A stretch of DNA of 60,467 bases, filler included, from 5 parts of 5 records of this genome joined end to end with filler, not necessarily neighbours in it; one strand, 5' to 3'; shown: positions 49,288-58,444, counted from the first letter of the whole stretch. Notes: generated by a model not told the origin, from the sequence alone. Numbers and translations are program-made.

Positions 49288-49839
49288 GTGACTGCTTCCA
49301 CTCTGAACACCAGCCACTCCGAGGCCATCTTCAATGCGGCCAAGGCTCTGATGCCCGGCGGCGTGAGCTCTCCGGTGCGCGCCTTCAAGTCGGTCGGCGG
49401 ACAACCCATCGTGTTCGATCGGGTCAAAGGGCCTTATGCCTGGGATGTAGATGGCAATAAATATGTGGACTACATCGGCAGTTGGGGACCAGCCATCTGC
49501 GGTCATGCCCATCCAGAGGTCATTAGCGCTCTCCAAGAAGCCATCGAGAAAGGCACGAGCTTTGGTGCTCCTTGCGCTTTAGAAAACACCCTGGCGGAGA
49601 TGGTGATTGAAGCCGTCCCAAGCGTGGAGATGGTGCGCTTCGTGAACAGCGGCACAGAAGCCTGCATGTCGATGCTGCGCTTGATTCGAGCCTTCACGGG
49701 GCGCGACAAGATCATCAAGTTCGAAGGCTGCTACCACGGCCATGCGGACATGTTCCTTGTCAAAGCTGGCTCAGGAGTCGCCACACTCGGGCTACCGGAT
49801 TCACCCGGAGTGCCACGGAGCACGACAGCCAACACGTTG
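49288..49839 (+). CDS. hemL: Glutamate-1-semialdehyde 2,1-aminomutase; 5' part
   Basis: [26 protein letters not shown] and FEGCYHGH. Confidence 0.97.
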
Positions 49840-49939
49840 NNNNNNNNNNNNNNNNNNNNNNNNNNNNNNNNNNNNNNNNNNNNTTAATTAATTAANNNNN
49901 NNNNNNNNNNNNNNNNNNNNNNNNNNNNNNNNNNNNNNN
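49840..49939. other. Artificial contig spacer
   Basis: N44-TTAATTAATTAA-N44. Confidence 0.99.
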
Positions 49940-50419
49940 CGAGGGCCAAAACAAACCCACACCAACCCCTCTCAAACCCTGAACCAGTGCTGCATCTCCC
50001 CACAGAGGGGGCCAAAGCATGAGCGCAAGGCTGAGAAATTGGAGGATTGTTTTGGCTTTCCCTGCAGCGGATGCTGGTGCCCCATCACTGCTGCCACCAC
50101 GCCAGCCAGAGATCAGCAATTCACGGGCCAGCAACAGCCAGACAGCCCAAACAGGAAGGGTTCCCTCTGACGCCAACCAGATCAGAGGAGCACTGATCAA
50201 TAACTTGTCAGCGAGAGGGTCCAGCCGAGCGCCCCACGTGCTGCCACCACCGGCACGTCTCGCCAACCAGCCATCCGCTGCATCGCTCCAGCCTCCAATC
50301 AGCAATAACCACCAGGCCAACGCGTCGTAATGCGTCGCCAAGGCAAGCAGAAGCGGGAGCCCCATCAGGGCTCGAGCCAAGGTGAGTCGATCAGCCCAGA
50401 GGCGCCAGGGAGAGATCAA
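49940..50419 (-). CDS. CDP-alcohol phosphatidyltransferase (PgsA-like); 3' truncated
   Basis: D..DG.LAR......G..LDP.ADK signature. Confidence 0.9.
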
Positions 50420-50450
50420 GGCTCAGAATGCATTGAGATGCGTGGATTCC

Positions 50451-50921
50451 ATGGTGCTTCAGCAGACGGTCAAAGAGGTGATGTCATCGCCCGTATTGAC
50501 TGTGACACCAGAAACGGCATTAAAAGATGCCGTGAGTCTGCTGAGCGATCACCACATCAGTGGCCTGCCGGTGGTGGATCAGAACGGACTTCTGATCGGT
50601 GAGCTCACCGAGCAAGACCTCATGGTGCGTGAAAGCGGAGTTGATGCCGGCCCCTACGTGATGCTGTTGGACAGCGTGATTTATCTGAAGAATCCACTCA
50701 ACTGGGACAAGCAGGTTCATCAAGTGCTGGGAACCACGGTGGCCGATCTGATGGGACGTGACCTTCACAGCTGCTCAGAGAGTCTCCCTCTCCCCAAAGC
50801 TGCATCGTTGCTGCATGAACGCAGCACCCAGCGACTGATTGTGGTGGACGACAACAAACACCCCGTGGGAGTGTTAACGCGGGGTGACATCGTCCGAGCC
50901 TTGGCGTCAGGACAGTCTTAG
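50451..50921 (+). CDS. CBS domain pair protein
   Basis: ISGLPVVD...G.LT..D and RLIVVD....VG.LTRGD. ATG 50451. Confidence 0.92.
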   Translation: MVLQQTVKEVMSSPVLTVTPETALKDAVSLLSDHHISGLPVVDQNGLLIGELTEQDLMVRESGVDAGPYVMLLDSVIYLKNPLNWDKQVHQVLGTTVADLMGRDLHSCSESLPLPKAASLLHERSTQRLIVVDDNKHPVGVLTRGDIVRALASGQS

Positions 50922-50941
50922 CGAGAACAGTCTTAGCGAGA
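50912..50941. repeat. Perfect 15-nt tandem duplication
   Basis: ACAGTCTTAGCGAGA twice, spanning the stops of two convergent genes. Confidence 0.95.
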
Positions 50942-52117
50942 AGCGAGTGGCGTGATTCGAATCGCCACAGGCTTGATGAAACGGAACTCCACCAGATCCC
51001 CGAGAGCTAGCTCATCGAACACCGTTCCAGGCATTCGCTTGCTGACGTCAAGATTGTGAACCTTCCCGAATGGTCCGCGGAGACTCAAGGTGCGATCGGT
51101 TCGCGAGATCCTCACCACCTCGGCGCTGCCCGTAGCCATCGCCACACGAGTGCCCTTCGGCACAGGGCCAAAATCTCCAGCAATCTCAACATCCTGGCGC
51201 TCAAAACTGAGGGCTTTGCTCGTGGCAGGGCGAAGGTCAACCACCAAACCATCCAAAATATCCATTGAAATCTCTGTGCCTGGACTCAACTTCAAGCTGT
51301 TGAGATCCACGGCCGACGTCACAAGGATGTTGTGTCCCTCTGGGCCTTCAATTTCCAGCACCTTCTGATCTGGAAGCAGGCGGGTCACGATGGCGTGGAG
51401 ATGGGTGATCTCAAACGACTCCAGAAGTTCCGCCTTCAGGGTCATTCCAGACCGAAGCAGATCGCTCGCTAAGGGAGGCCTTAGGGCCGAAGGACGGCTC
51501 AGCGAACGAGACAGTTTGCGGACATCAACCGCGACGGGCTGCACCAAGCGGAAATCCACGAGGTCGCCAACGTTCAAATCCTCAAGAGGATCATTCTCTG
51601 GCGTCACTAACACGTCGAGATTATTGATGCCGCCAAAGGGACCCATCAGGCTCAGGCTTCCATCCTGACGATCGAGCTTGATCACCCTTCCCGTTCCTGA
51701 GGCAAGGGCGACGCGCATGCCTTTCTTCAACTTGCCCATATCACTGGGAAGGATGATGTCTTCACGACTAAAGCTCAGATCTTGATCGTCGCTTGGTTCA
51801 AGGTCGACCAACAATCCATCGAGAACGGAGAGGCTCACCTCATCTCCAGGTTCTAAGCCAAGCGGCGCTAGATCCAGGCCAACCGTATAAACCTCCGTAT
51901 GCCCCTCTGGATCCACAATTTCGATCACCTTTTCTTTGGCTAAAGCTTCGCTAACGGTTCCTTTCAGCTCCGTCACCTCAAAACCAGCCAGTTGCTCTTT
52001 ATCGAATCCAGCAAGAGCACGCTGAGGGCAGAGCACAGCTGAAGCCAGCAAGGTGCAGATCAGCAGCACTCGGCCATGGAGTTGTTGACGGGTCTTCTGG
52101 CGCGACGTGCGGATCAT
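50933..52117 (-). CDS. Exported hypothetical protein with two internal ~165-aa repeats (OB-fold-like units)
   Basis: Signal peptide ending RALA; the two halves share EI..PEGH, LDGL.VDL.P, LSF.R.D, KG.RVA.A.G, LSL.GPFG...NLDV and GDLV.FR...PVA. Confidence 0.8.
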   Translation of the reverse strand: MIRTSRQKTRQQLHGRVLLICTLLASAVLCPQRALAGFDKEQLAGFEVTELKGTVSEALAKEKVIEIVDPEGHTEVYTVGLDLAPLGLEPGDEVSLSVLDGLLVDLEPSDDQDLSFSREDIILPSDMGKLKKGMRVALASGTGRVIKLDRQDGSLSLMGPFGGINNLDVLVTPENDPLEDLNVGDLVDFRLVQPVAVDVRKLSRSLSRPSALRPPLASDLLRSGMTLKAELLESFEITHLHAIVTRLLPDQKVLEIEGPEGHNILVTSAVDLNSLKLSPGTEISMDILDGLVVDLRPATSKALSFERQDVEIAGDFGPVPKGTRVAMATGSAEVVRISRTDRTLSLRGPFGKVHNLDVSKRMPGTVFDELALGDLVEFRFIKPVAIRITPLASR

Positions 52118-52195
52118 TGGTTGGTGATTAAACGTGCAGAGACGGTAGCTCCCTATTCTGATGAGTCAAAATACGCACAGTTTTGCGTGCGGCGC

Positions 52196-52669
52196 ATGTC
52201 AAGTTCATGGATGCGCCAGGTGGCGCTTTGCATTGGTGTCGCTGTTGTTGCTTCAGCGACTCAGCTGCCAGCCCGCGCTGAGAAGACGATCGAAATCAGC
52301 TTGAAGGATCGCTATTTGAAGCTGCTGGATTCCGGGGTTGTTGTCGCTCGCTTTCCCGTTGCGATAGGCGCTCCTGAATCACCGACGCCCGCGGGGAACT
52401 ACGCAATCACCCGGATGGAAGATGCGCCGATCTATCACAAGAAAGGGAAGGTCATCGCGCCAGGTCCCAAGAATCCTGTTGGGGTGCGATACATGGCTTA
52501 CTTCCAGCTTGGGACTGGTGAATACGCCATTCACGGAACAGCCTGGCCCAACTGGGTCAATCTGAGAGCTGCTGTCAGCCTTGGCTGCATTCGCATGCTC
52601 AACAAAGATGTGATCAGCCTGTTCAATCAAGTCGACGTCGGGACGCCCGTCGTTGTGACATCCAAATAA
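52196..52669 (+). CDS. L,D-transpeptidase (YkuD) family protein
   Basis: PVAIG....PTP.G, NPVG and YAIHGT...SLGCIRM. Confidence 0.9.
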   Translation: MSSSWMRQVALCIGVAVVASATQLPARAEKTIEISLKDRYLKLLDSGVVVARFPVAIGAPESPTPAGNYAITRMEDAPIYHKKGKVIAPGPKNPVGVRYMAYFQLGTGEYAIHGTAWPNWVNLRAAVSLGCIRMLNKDVISLFNQVDVGTPVVVTSK

Positions 52670-52684
52670 CCACTCCATCAAGCC

Positions 52685-52963
52685 ATGCGTTTAAATCCAC
52701 TCCTTCTGGTTGCGATTTCAGCCTGCATCGCCGCCCCCCTTTCAGCTCAAGGCTCATCGATCCAAGAGATGCCGGAGCAAAAGTTTTTAGATCAGGTTGA
52801 AGCCCCTGGCCATGTGCTGATTACAGCCCGTGGTGCTGATGCGGTGAACGCTGAAGCCCGCCGCAAAGGCCTGAAATTTCCTGCCGTGGGCTATTGGTCT
52901 CCAGACAATGTGTGTTTCAGCAATCCCCCCAAAGGAGATTGCAATGGATTGTTCACCCGTTGA
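52685..52963 (+). CDS. Small exported hypothetical protein
   Basis: Signal peptide and C-terminal Cys pair; follows the L,D-transpeptidase. Confidence 0.7.
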   Translation: MRLNPLLLVAISACIAAPLSAQGSSIQEMPEQKFLDQVEAPGHVLITARGADAVNAEARRKGLKFPAVGYWSPDNVCFSNPPKGDCNGLFTR

Positions 52964-52981
52964 AGCGCATCAAGAGAACGA

Positions 52982-54532
52982 TCAGGGCAAAGGTGGAGGA
53001 GGGAGCACCGGCGGAGGTGGTGCTCCATAGATGATGCTCTTCTCGTCTTCAGCTGACGACACCGATTCCTCTTCGTTCAGTCCAGGGGTTGGAGGGATGG
53101 GCTCAGGCCAGGCTTCAGGATCCTCCGGAAGGATCTGATCCTCCTGAAGCAAAACCGGTGGCGGTAGATCCGGAGGTAAATCGAAATCCCATGGCTGAGT
53201 CTCAGCATCTGAGTTGGACAGGTCGTCCTGTTCGCTCTCAACATCGGACCGTTCTCGGAGCACGAGTGGGTCCGCGGTAATCGGAGGTTCCCGCAGCGGT
53301 TGCCTCGTCGGAACGATTTCGGTGAAAGGTGTGGTCTGGTTGTGATCGAGGCGTGGTGAGGGCTTAGGAGCCCAGATCATGCGCGCAATCGGCTCTACAC
53401 CCTGCTCCATCACACGGTTCAAACCAGCCAAAGCACGATCCATGAGTTGCCCCCCATAGAAAAACGCACAGTCCGACGCACCCTCGCAGCGCTGGCTGGT
53501 CTCGATGCGTCTGGTCAAATCAGCGATCAAGCCTCCTTCCAGTCGGACACGACGCTCACTCAATCGGAGTAAATAGGGAACGTGCACAAAGCTGGTGGCG
53601 CCACCACTAATCCAGTTGGCATCTTCTTCTGTGAAACCTTTCACTCCAGGAATGATGAGACGACTCTTCGAGGCGTGATCTGGCATGTAGGCAGCAACAA
53701 GACCCCGCCGACGTGCCAGATCCTTTGTTTGCTCGAGAGTGAGGCCGTCTTTGCTCATCAACATTTCGATGCGCCCGTCAGCCTTCAAGCCGTAGACCAT
53801 GCGAATGCGTGGCAGGTAATAACGAATCCGTTGGCCCATGCTGATGCTGTAAGCCCCCTTGTAGCTCTCAGGTGGCTCCTCCAGGTCGTTGTAGATGCTG
53901 TGCAGACCCCCAACAAACATGTCGTAGGCCTTGGCACGATCGGGGGTTAATTCTCCATATCCGAAATCAACGGTTCCATCCTTGAGGATGCCAATGAAGG
54001 CGCGTTGTCTAGAAGCAGTTCGATTGCGTCCGCGCCAAACTCTGCTGCCGAGTTTCAAATCACCGAGTGGAACAGTAATTTCCTGTCCAAACTCATCAAT
54101 ATGCCGCTCGTACATCGGTCCAGAGACGTAGGCGAGAGCGGCAGTGTCCTCAAAGGCATCCTGCTCACGATCCCAACCTTCAAGGAGGCCTAGCCGCACG
54201 TCGCGGGGGTCAAAATCGAGGGCATAGACCTCATCGTCGGGCTGGTAGGCAAAAGGCCCTGCCACAGAATTGGCCAGATCGATTGGCTTGGGCTCTGTCG
54301 AAATCTCACCTTTTTCGGGAGTTCTAGGCGCAAGCGCAATTAAACCCATGAAGACCGTTATCGGGATCACCACAATCAGCCAACGCTTGCGCCAGAGGCT
54401 GGAACGCTGGGGGACGGGCTTGGGCTTACGTCTCTTCTTTTGAGCCGGGATGTCTGCAGCAGAAGCTGAAGTCCGATTTCGAATCACCGGACCAGCCTTT
54501 TTTTTCGAACGCGGGATTCGGGGTTCTGCCAA
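52982..54532 (-). CDS. Membrane-anchored hypothetical protein with Pro/acidic tail; possibly a divergent phosphodiester glycosidase (NAGPA-like) domain
   Basis: Basic N-terminus and one TM helix; SGPMY, RAFIGI..DG, GG, PR....G...DG and AYMPD order. Confidence 0.65.
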   Translation of the reverse strand: MAEPRIPRSKKKAGPVIRNRTSASAADIPAQKKRRKPKPVPQRSSLWRKRWLIVVIPITVFMGLIALAPRTPEKGEISTEPKPIDLANSVAGPFAYQPDDEVYALDFDPRDVRLGLLEGWDREQDAFEDTAALAYVSGPMYERHIDEFGQEITVPLGDLKLGSRVWRGRNRTASRQRAFIGILKDGTVDFGYGELTPDRAKAYDMFVGGLHSIYNDLEEPPESYKGAYSISMGQRIRYYLPRIRMVYGLKADGRIEMLMSKDGLTLEQTKDLARRRGLVAAYMPDHASKSRLIIPGVKGFTEEDANWISGGATSFVHVPYLLRLSERRVRLEGGLIADLTRRIETSQRCEGASDCAFFYGGQLMDRALAGLNRVMEQGVEPIARMIWAPKPSPRLDHNQTTPFTEIVPTRQPLREPPITADPLVLRERSDVESEQDDLSNSDAETQPWDFDLPPDLPPPVLLQEDQILPEDPEAWPEPIPPTPGLNEEESVSSAEDEKSIIYGAPPPPVLPPPPLP

Positions 54533-55257
54533 GGAACGATGGTGCCCTCAGCCACCAACCATTTGCGGTAAAGCTGACTGCATTCATGCCCTCCCGTCAA
54601 CTCACCAAAGGCTGGAATCAACAATCTTTCCTCCATAGCGTCGTAGGCAAAACAGGGAAGACGAAGGCGATCACTACCAGAGCTGAGGCTCGCAACCGGG
54701 TGAATATGGCCGCAAACGTTAAGCAAATGAGCTTGTTGGCAGGAAAGATCGAATGAAGAATCCGCTGCATGCTCAGGTTCATGACTGAGCCAAAGTTGTC
54801 CGAGTCGATAACTCGGCTGCTGGGGCAGACCCAACGTGCGGCAGTGACGATCATGATTGCCACCCACCAGGGTGACGGGACAACCCGCAAGCTCAGGAAG
54901 TGCCTCCAGGGTCTCGCGAAGGGTCTCGGTCAAACCAAGGGGACCATGAACCAGATCACCAAGAATGATGAGAGTCTCGGGCTGAACGCGCGTGCAAAGC
55001 TCCAACAATGGATTCAACGTGCCGCGATCCCCATCACTCGGCAGAGGGATTCCATGGGCTTGAAACACCTCGGCTTTGCCCAAATGCAGATCGGCAATCA
55101 GGAGTTCACGGCCTTTAGGACGCCAGAGAGCCTTCTCCGGGAGAAATTCGAGTCGCTCCTGCCCCCAAGTCCAGGTCAGGCCATAACCAGTGCCCTGAAG
55201 ATCAGCGCTCGTTGAAGGGATCAACTCTGAACTCAAAAGGTGCTCCCCCAACAACAA
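54484..55257 (-). CDS. pdeM: Ligase-associated DNA damage response endonuclease (metallophosphoesterase); start uncertain
   Basis: ADLHLGKA..F...GIP.P, LGDL.H, GNHD, HEP, GHIHP and PAFG.LTGG. Confidence 0.88.
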   Translation of the reverse strand: MLLGEHLLSSELIPSTSADLQGTGYGLTWTWGQERLEFLPEKALWRPKGRELLIADLHLGKAEVFQAHGIPLPSDGDRGTLNPLLELCTRVQPETLIILGDLVHGPLGLTETLRETLEALPELAGCPVTLVGGNHDRHCRTLGLPQQPSYRLGQLWLSHEPEHAADSSFDLSCQQAHLLNVCGHIHPVASLSSGSDRLRLPCFAYDAMEERLLIPAFGELTGGHECSQLYRKWLVAEGTIVPWQNPESRVRKKRLVR

Positions 55258-55383
55258 CCAGACGTCATCAGACCCCTAAAGGACAAAGCAACCGTTTGAT
55301 TGCCGTTATCACACATACGTTGCTTCGAGAGTTCCTTCCAGACCGCCGTGATGAGAGTCTTTGACGTAAGACGCATTGGAACG

Positions 55384-55464
55384 ATGACCCTGGCATTGCT
55401 ACTTGCACTCCTTGGATCGCTGATGGCTATGGGTTTCATTATTCGCCGGCTAGAAAAGGGCTAA
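55384..55464 (+). CDS. 26-aa single-TM microprotein, below the ORF-track cutoff
   Basis: MTLALLLALLGSLMAMGFIIRRLEKG; ends 16 nt before the channel gene. Alternative in-frame ATG at 55351. Confidence 0.55.
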   Translation: MTLALLLALLGSLMAMGFIIRRLEKG

Positions 55465-55480
55465 ACAGGCGGGGATCGTC

Positions 55481-56557
55481 ATGATACGTACGCTTGTACT
55501 CACTGGAATCGTTCTGATTTCACTGCCGATTCAGACACTCGCAAAAGAAGTCGCAAACGAGTTGCAGATTGGGGTCAGTGGGTCACCACCATTTGTGATC
55601 GAAGAGGATGGTTTGCTGAGTGGGATCAGTGTCGAGATTTGGAAGGACGTCGCAGAGCGTCTCGAGCAGCCTTACAAATTTGTTGTTCAGCCGAACACCA
55701 ATGCAAATGTAGAAGCTGTCGCTGATGGCAGCGTTGATCTAGCCATCGGTCCAATCAGCATTACGCCAACCCGCCTAGCCAATCCGAAAATAGATTTTAC
55801 GCAACCTTATTATCACGGATACGAAGGTTTACTGATCCCTCAGAAACCACCTGGACTGATAACGCGGCTTCGCCCATTCATTGGTTGGGCTGCTTTATCG
55901 TCAGTGGGCATACTGATCACACTTCTGTTTATTTTTGGCAATCTCATTTGGTTGGCTGAGCGACGCAAAAACACCGAACAATTTCCTCGCCACTATTTTC
56001 ATGGCGTAGGAAATGGAATGTGGTTTGGGCTCGTTACACTCACAACCGTTGGTTACGGTGATCGAGCACCACTATCACGAAGTGGCCGCATCATCGCTGG
56101 CATTTGGATGGTGATCTCACTCGTAGCAGTCTCGTCAATCACCGCAGGGCTTGCATCGGCGTTTACATTATCCCTCGCTGAAATAGCACCTTCAGCTATT
56201 CGCGAAAAAGCCGATTTAAGAGGTAAAGAAATAGCCGTTGTAGAAGGAACAACGAGCCTAAGATGGGGAAAACTATATGAAATCAACGCCTTCCTCACCA
56301 AAGACTTAAACGAAGCAATCAAAATCCTTAATCAAGGAAAAGTAGAAGGCATTATTTTTGACGAAGCTCCGCTTCGACACTATCTCAAGCAAAACAAAAA
56401 GAGCAAGCTAAAACTTGCAAACTTTCCATTAGCGATACAAACCTATGGATTCGTACTACCGATGGGAAGTCCATTAAGAAACCAATTAAATATTGAGCTT
56501 CTAGATATGGAACGGAACGGAGTCACAGAAAGAATTAAAACAAAATTATTGGATTAA
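55481..56557 (+). CDS. GluR0-like ligand-gated potassium channel (split family-3 binding domain around a 2-TM K+ pore)
   Basis: SPPFV...GIS.EIW, ISIT..R...DFTQPY, TM1, WF..VT.TTVGYGD filter, TM2 and second binding lobe (GTTS, FDEAPL, YGF). Confidence 0.88.
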   Translation: MIRTLVLTGIVLISLPIQTLAKEVANELQIGVSGSPPFVIEEDGLLSGISVEIWKDVAERLEQPYKFVVQPNTNANVEAVADGSVDLAIGPISITPTRLANPKIDFTQPYYHGYEGLLIPQKPPGLITRLRPFIGWAALSSVGILITLLFIFGNLIWLAERRKNTEQFPRHYFHGVGNGMWFGLVTLTTVGYGDRAPLSRSGRIIAGIWMVISLVAVSSITAGLASAFTLSLAEIAPSAIREKADLRGKEIAVVEGTTSLRWGKLYEINAFLTKDLNEAIKILNQGKVEGIIFDEAPLRHYLKQNKKSKLKLANFPLAIQTYGFVLPMGSPLRNQLNIELLDMERNGVTERIKTKLLD

Positions 56558-56565
56558 GGGGATAT

Positions 56566-56802
56566 TTATTGAATCACAGTGTGACGTCGCAACCCATCTT
56601 CAATTAGAAATGTTGCCAAGCTGCTACAACTTCTACCTTCCTGAAGTGCTTGCTGCTTAAGCCGACTCATAATGCCAGCGGGAAGTGTCACATTAAGACG
56701 CTCCGACGTGGCAGCCTCGGCCACTTGGCCAGCACTAATCGAAGCATCTACAGGAACGAGCTGGTCCTGCAACTCATGCAAAAGACTTTCAAGAAAAGAC
56801 AC
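56566..56802 (-). CDS. CopG/ribbon-helix-helix DNA-binding protein
   Basis: RLNVTLP....RLK..A..EGRS.SSLA.FLIE.GL. Confidence 0.8.
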   Translation of the reverse strand: MSFLESLLHELQDQLVPVDASISAGQVAEAATSERLNVTLPAGIMSRLKQQALQEGRSCSSLATFLIEDGLRRHTVIQ

Positions 56803-56808
56803 GGTTAA

Positions 56809-56839
56809 GTTACGGTACCGTTACTAAGACGTATCTTAG
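56809..56839. promoter_or_regulatory. Two adjacent palindromes in the divergent intergenic region
   Basis: GTTACGGTACCGTTAC (56809-56824, perfect core ACGGTACCGT) and CTAAGA-CGTA-TCTTAG (56824-56839). Confidence 0.5.
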
Positions 56840-56896
56840 CAGGGGATCCAGCTCCGGTTAGTCTCTTACCTAATAAAGGGAAGACCAATTCGACGA

Positions 56897-57493
56897 ATGG
56901 ATACGCTGACGCTTCATCTTGAGCCAGAACAAGACCTACTGCTATCGCTTTCAGAGGTAGCCCAAGAGAAGCAGATCAGCGGATTCCTATTAGGAGTCGT
57001 GGGAAATTTGTCAAAAGCATCATTTCAATGTCCAGGACGCGATCAACCAACAGTTTTAGAGGGTGAGCTAGAAATCATCACCTTAAATGGAACCTTTGAT
57101 GCAGACGGAGTTCATCTCCACTTAAGTCTTTCAGATGGCGCATGTCAGGTTTGGGGAGGCCATCTAGAAAAAGGCTCACTGATACTGAAAGGGGCGGATC
57201 TTCTTCTGGGAATTCTCAAACAAGGTCAAGCAGCGCGAAGCAGAACCAAAACACGCTTAGAGATTGCGGTCCTTCCTGGATGTCCATGGTGCGCTAGTGC
57301 ACTCAGGCTCTTAGAGGCTTATAACATTCCTCACCTGGTCATCACTGTTGACAATGACGTCACCTTCCAACAGTGTCAGCAACGTAGTGGGATGAATACC
57401 TTTCCACAAGTCTTTATTGATGGAGCAACGATTGGCGGCTTCGATAGCCTTGAAAAACTACAACGTTCCGGCGAATTGCTCACACTGAAATGA
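56897..57493 (+). CDS. PPC/DUF296 domain fused to a glutaredoxin domain
   Basis: EII.LNGT.....HLH.S.SD....V.GGHL, then CPWC, TFPQVFI and IGGFD. Confidence 0.88.
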   Translation: MDTLTLHLEPEQDLLLSLSEVAQEKQISGFLLGVVGNLSKASFQCPGRDQPTVLEGELEIITLNGTFDADGVHLHLSLSDGACQVWGGHLEKGSLILKGADLLLGILKQGQAARSRTKTRLEIAVLPGCPWCASALRLLEAYNIPHLVITVDNDVTFQQCQQRSGMNTFPQVFIDGATIGGFDSLEKLQRSGELLTLK

Positions 57494-57532
57494 GCACAAC
57501 CATTCTCAAAAGCAATCTAACAAAAACGATTT

Positions 57533-57721
57533 TTACTTCTCTCTAAACTGCTGCTTCTCATCAAGTAGCTCAGTTTCTAGTTGATGAATCAACTTGGTAA
57601 CAAGCGCCTGAAATTCAGGCTGACAACCACGAAAAGCTGCTTTATGACGAATCGGCTCGTTTCGCGTTCTTAGATCCGTCAGCATCAGCTGCAAGGCATC
57701 AATTTTTGCTGAAAAATTCAT
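57533..57721 (-). CDS. Small conserved picocyanobacterial hypothetical protein (62 aa)
   Basis: KIDALQLMLTDLRTRNEPIRHKAAF.GCQPEFQ; ATG 57721. Confidence 0.7.
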   Translation of the reverse strand: MNFSAKIDALQLMLTDLRTRNEPIRHKAAFRGCQPEFQALVTKLIHQLETELLDEKQQFREK

Positions 57722-58023
57722 AGCTGAGTGGGTCTCATCAAATGAGGCTATGACACCGATGGGTCCTTGAGAAGCATTTGTAACCGAAGCATTGAAACTA
57801 GCTCTAGCAAAAGCAAAAAGCATGCAACAAACGATCAAAGAGCATTAAATCTCTAAAGCCAAGATCAATGAACGTAGTAAACGACCACAAGATCAGGAAT
57901 AAATGATCAAGACAATCAACAACCAACCGTTCTGTTAATCAGCAAATCAGGGATTCTAAATAGTATAATTACAAAGTTCAAGTCATACCCATCAGGGATA
58001 ATAATTTCAGGAGAAACCTGTCA

Positions 58024-58242
58024 ATGTCCATCAGAAGCTGCCCGCGCTGTGGATCAACCTCCATCAGAGCTGATCGCTCCCTTGGTGGACGCTTGGTCTG
58101 CATGAACTGCGGTGCATCAGTTGGGCAGGGACAAACCACGCGAACCAATCAAAATTCAATGCGTCAAGTCAATCGGCAATGGATTTGGTGGGCTATTGGA
58201 CTTGGCACACTGCTCATTGTGATCGCCATTCAATCAAGCTAA
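58024..58242 (+). CDS. Small Zn-ribbon protein with C-terminal TM helix
   Basis: CPRC...CMNC and hydrophobic C-terminus; AGGAG upstream. Confidence 0.7.
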   Translation: MSIRSCPRCGSTSIRADRSLGGRLVCMNCGASVGQGQTTRTNQNSMRQVNRQWIWWAIGLGTLLIVIAIQSS

Positions 58243-58444
58243 CTTTATTTATTAGGAACGAATCAGAGATTAAAGTTCTAACTATCAAGCAAAGCAAAAC
58301 CCAAGCTTCACAATACTCCTAAAATTACTACAAAAAGCGCAAGCAGATGTAAAGCTCAAACAAGACCATAAACATCAAGATGGGAAGCTATCTGTTCGAT
58401 GAATAAATTAACCCGAAGACGAGTTATAGGAGCACAAAAAATAG

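Noticed and set aside
47679-49427. N-terminal extensions of glcD (582 aa) and hemL (from 49159) that make the two genes overlap
   Set aside because: Family similarity starts at GTG 49151 and GTG 49288; the extensions come from choosing the first possible start.
55384-55464. Calling the 26-aa peptide petM, petN or a photosystem subunit
   Set aside because: It lacks the conserved residues I recall for those subunits, so it is left as an unknown microprotein.
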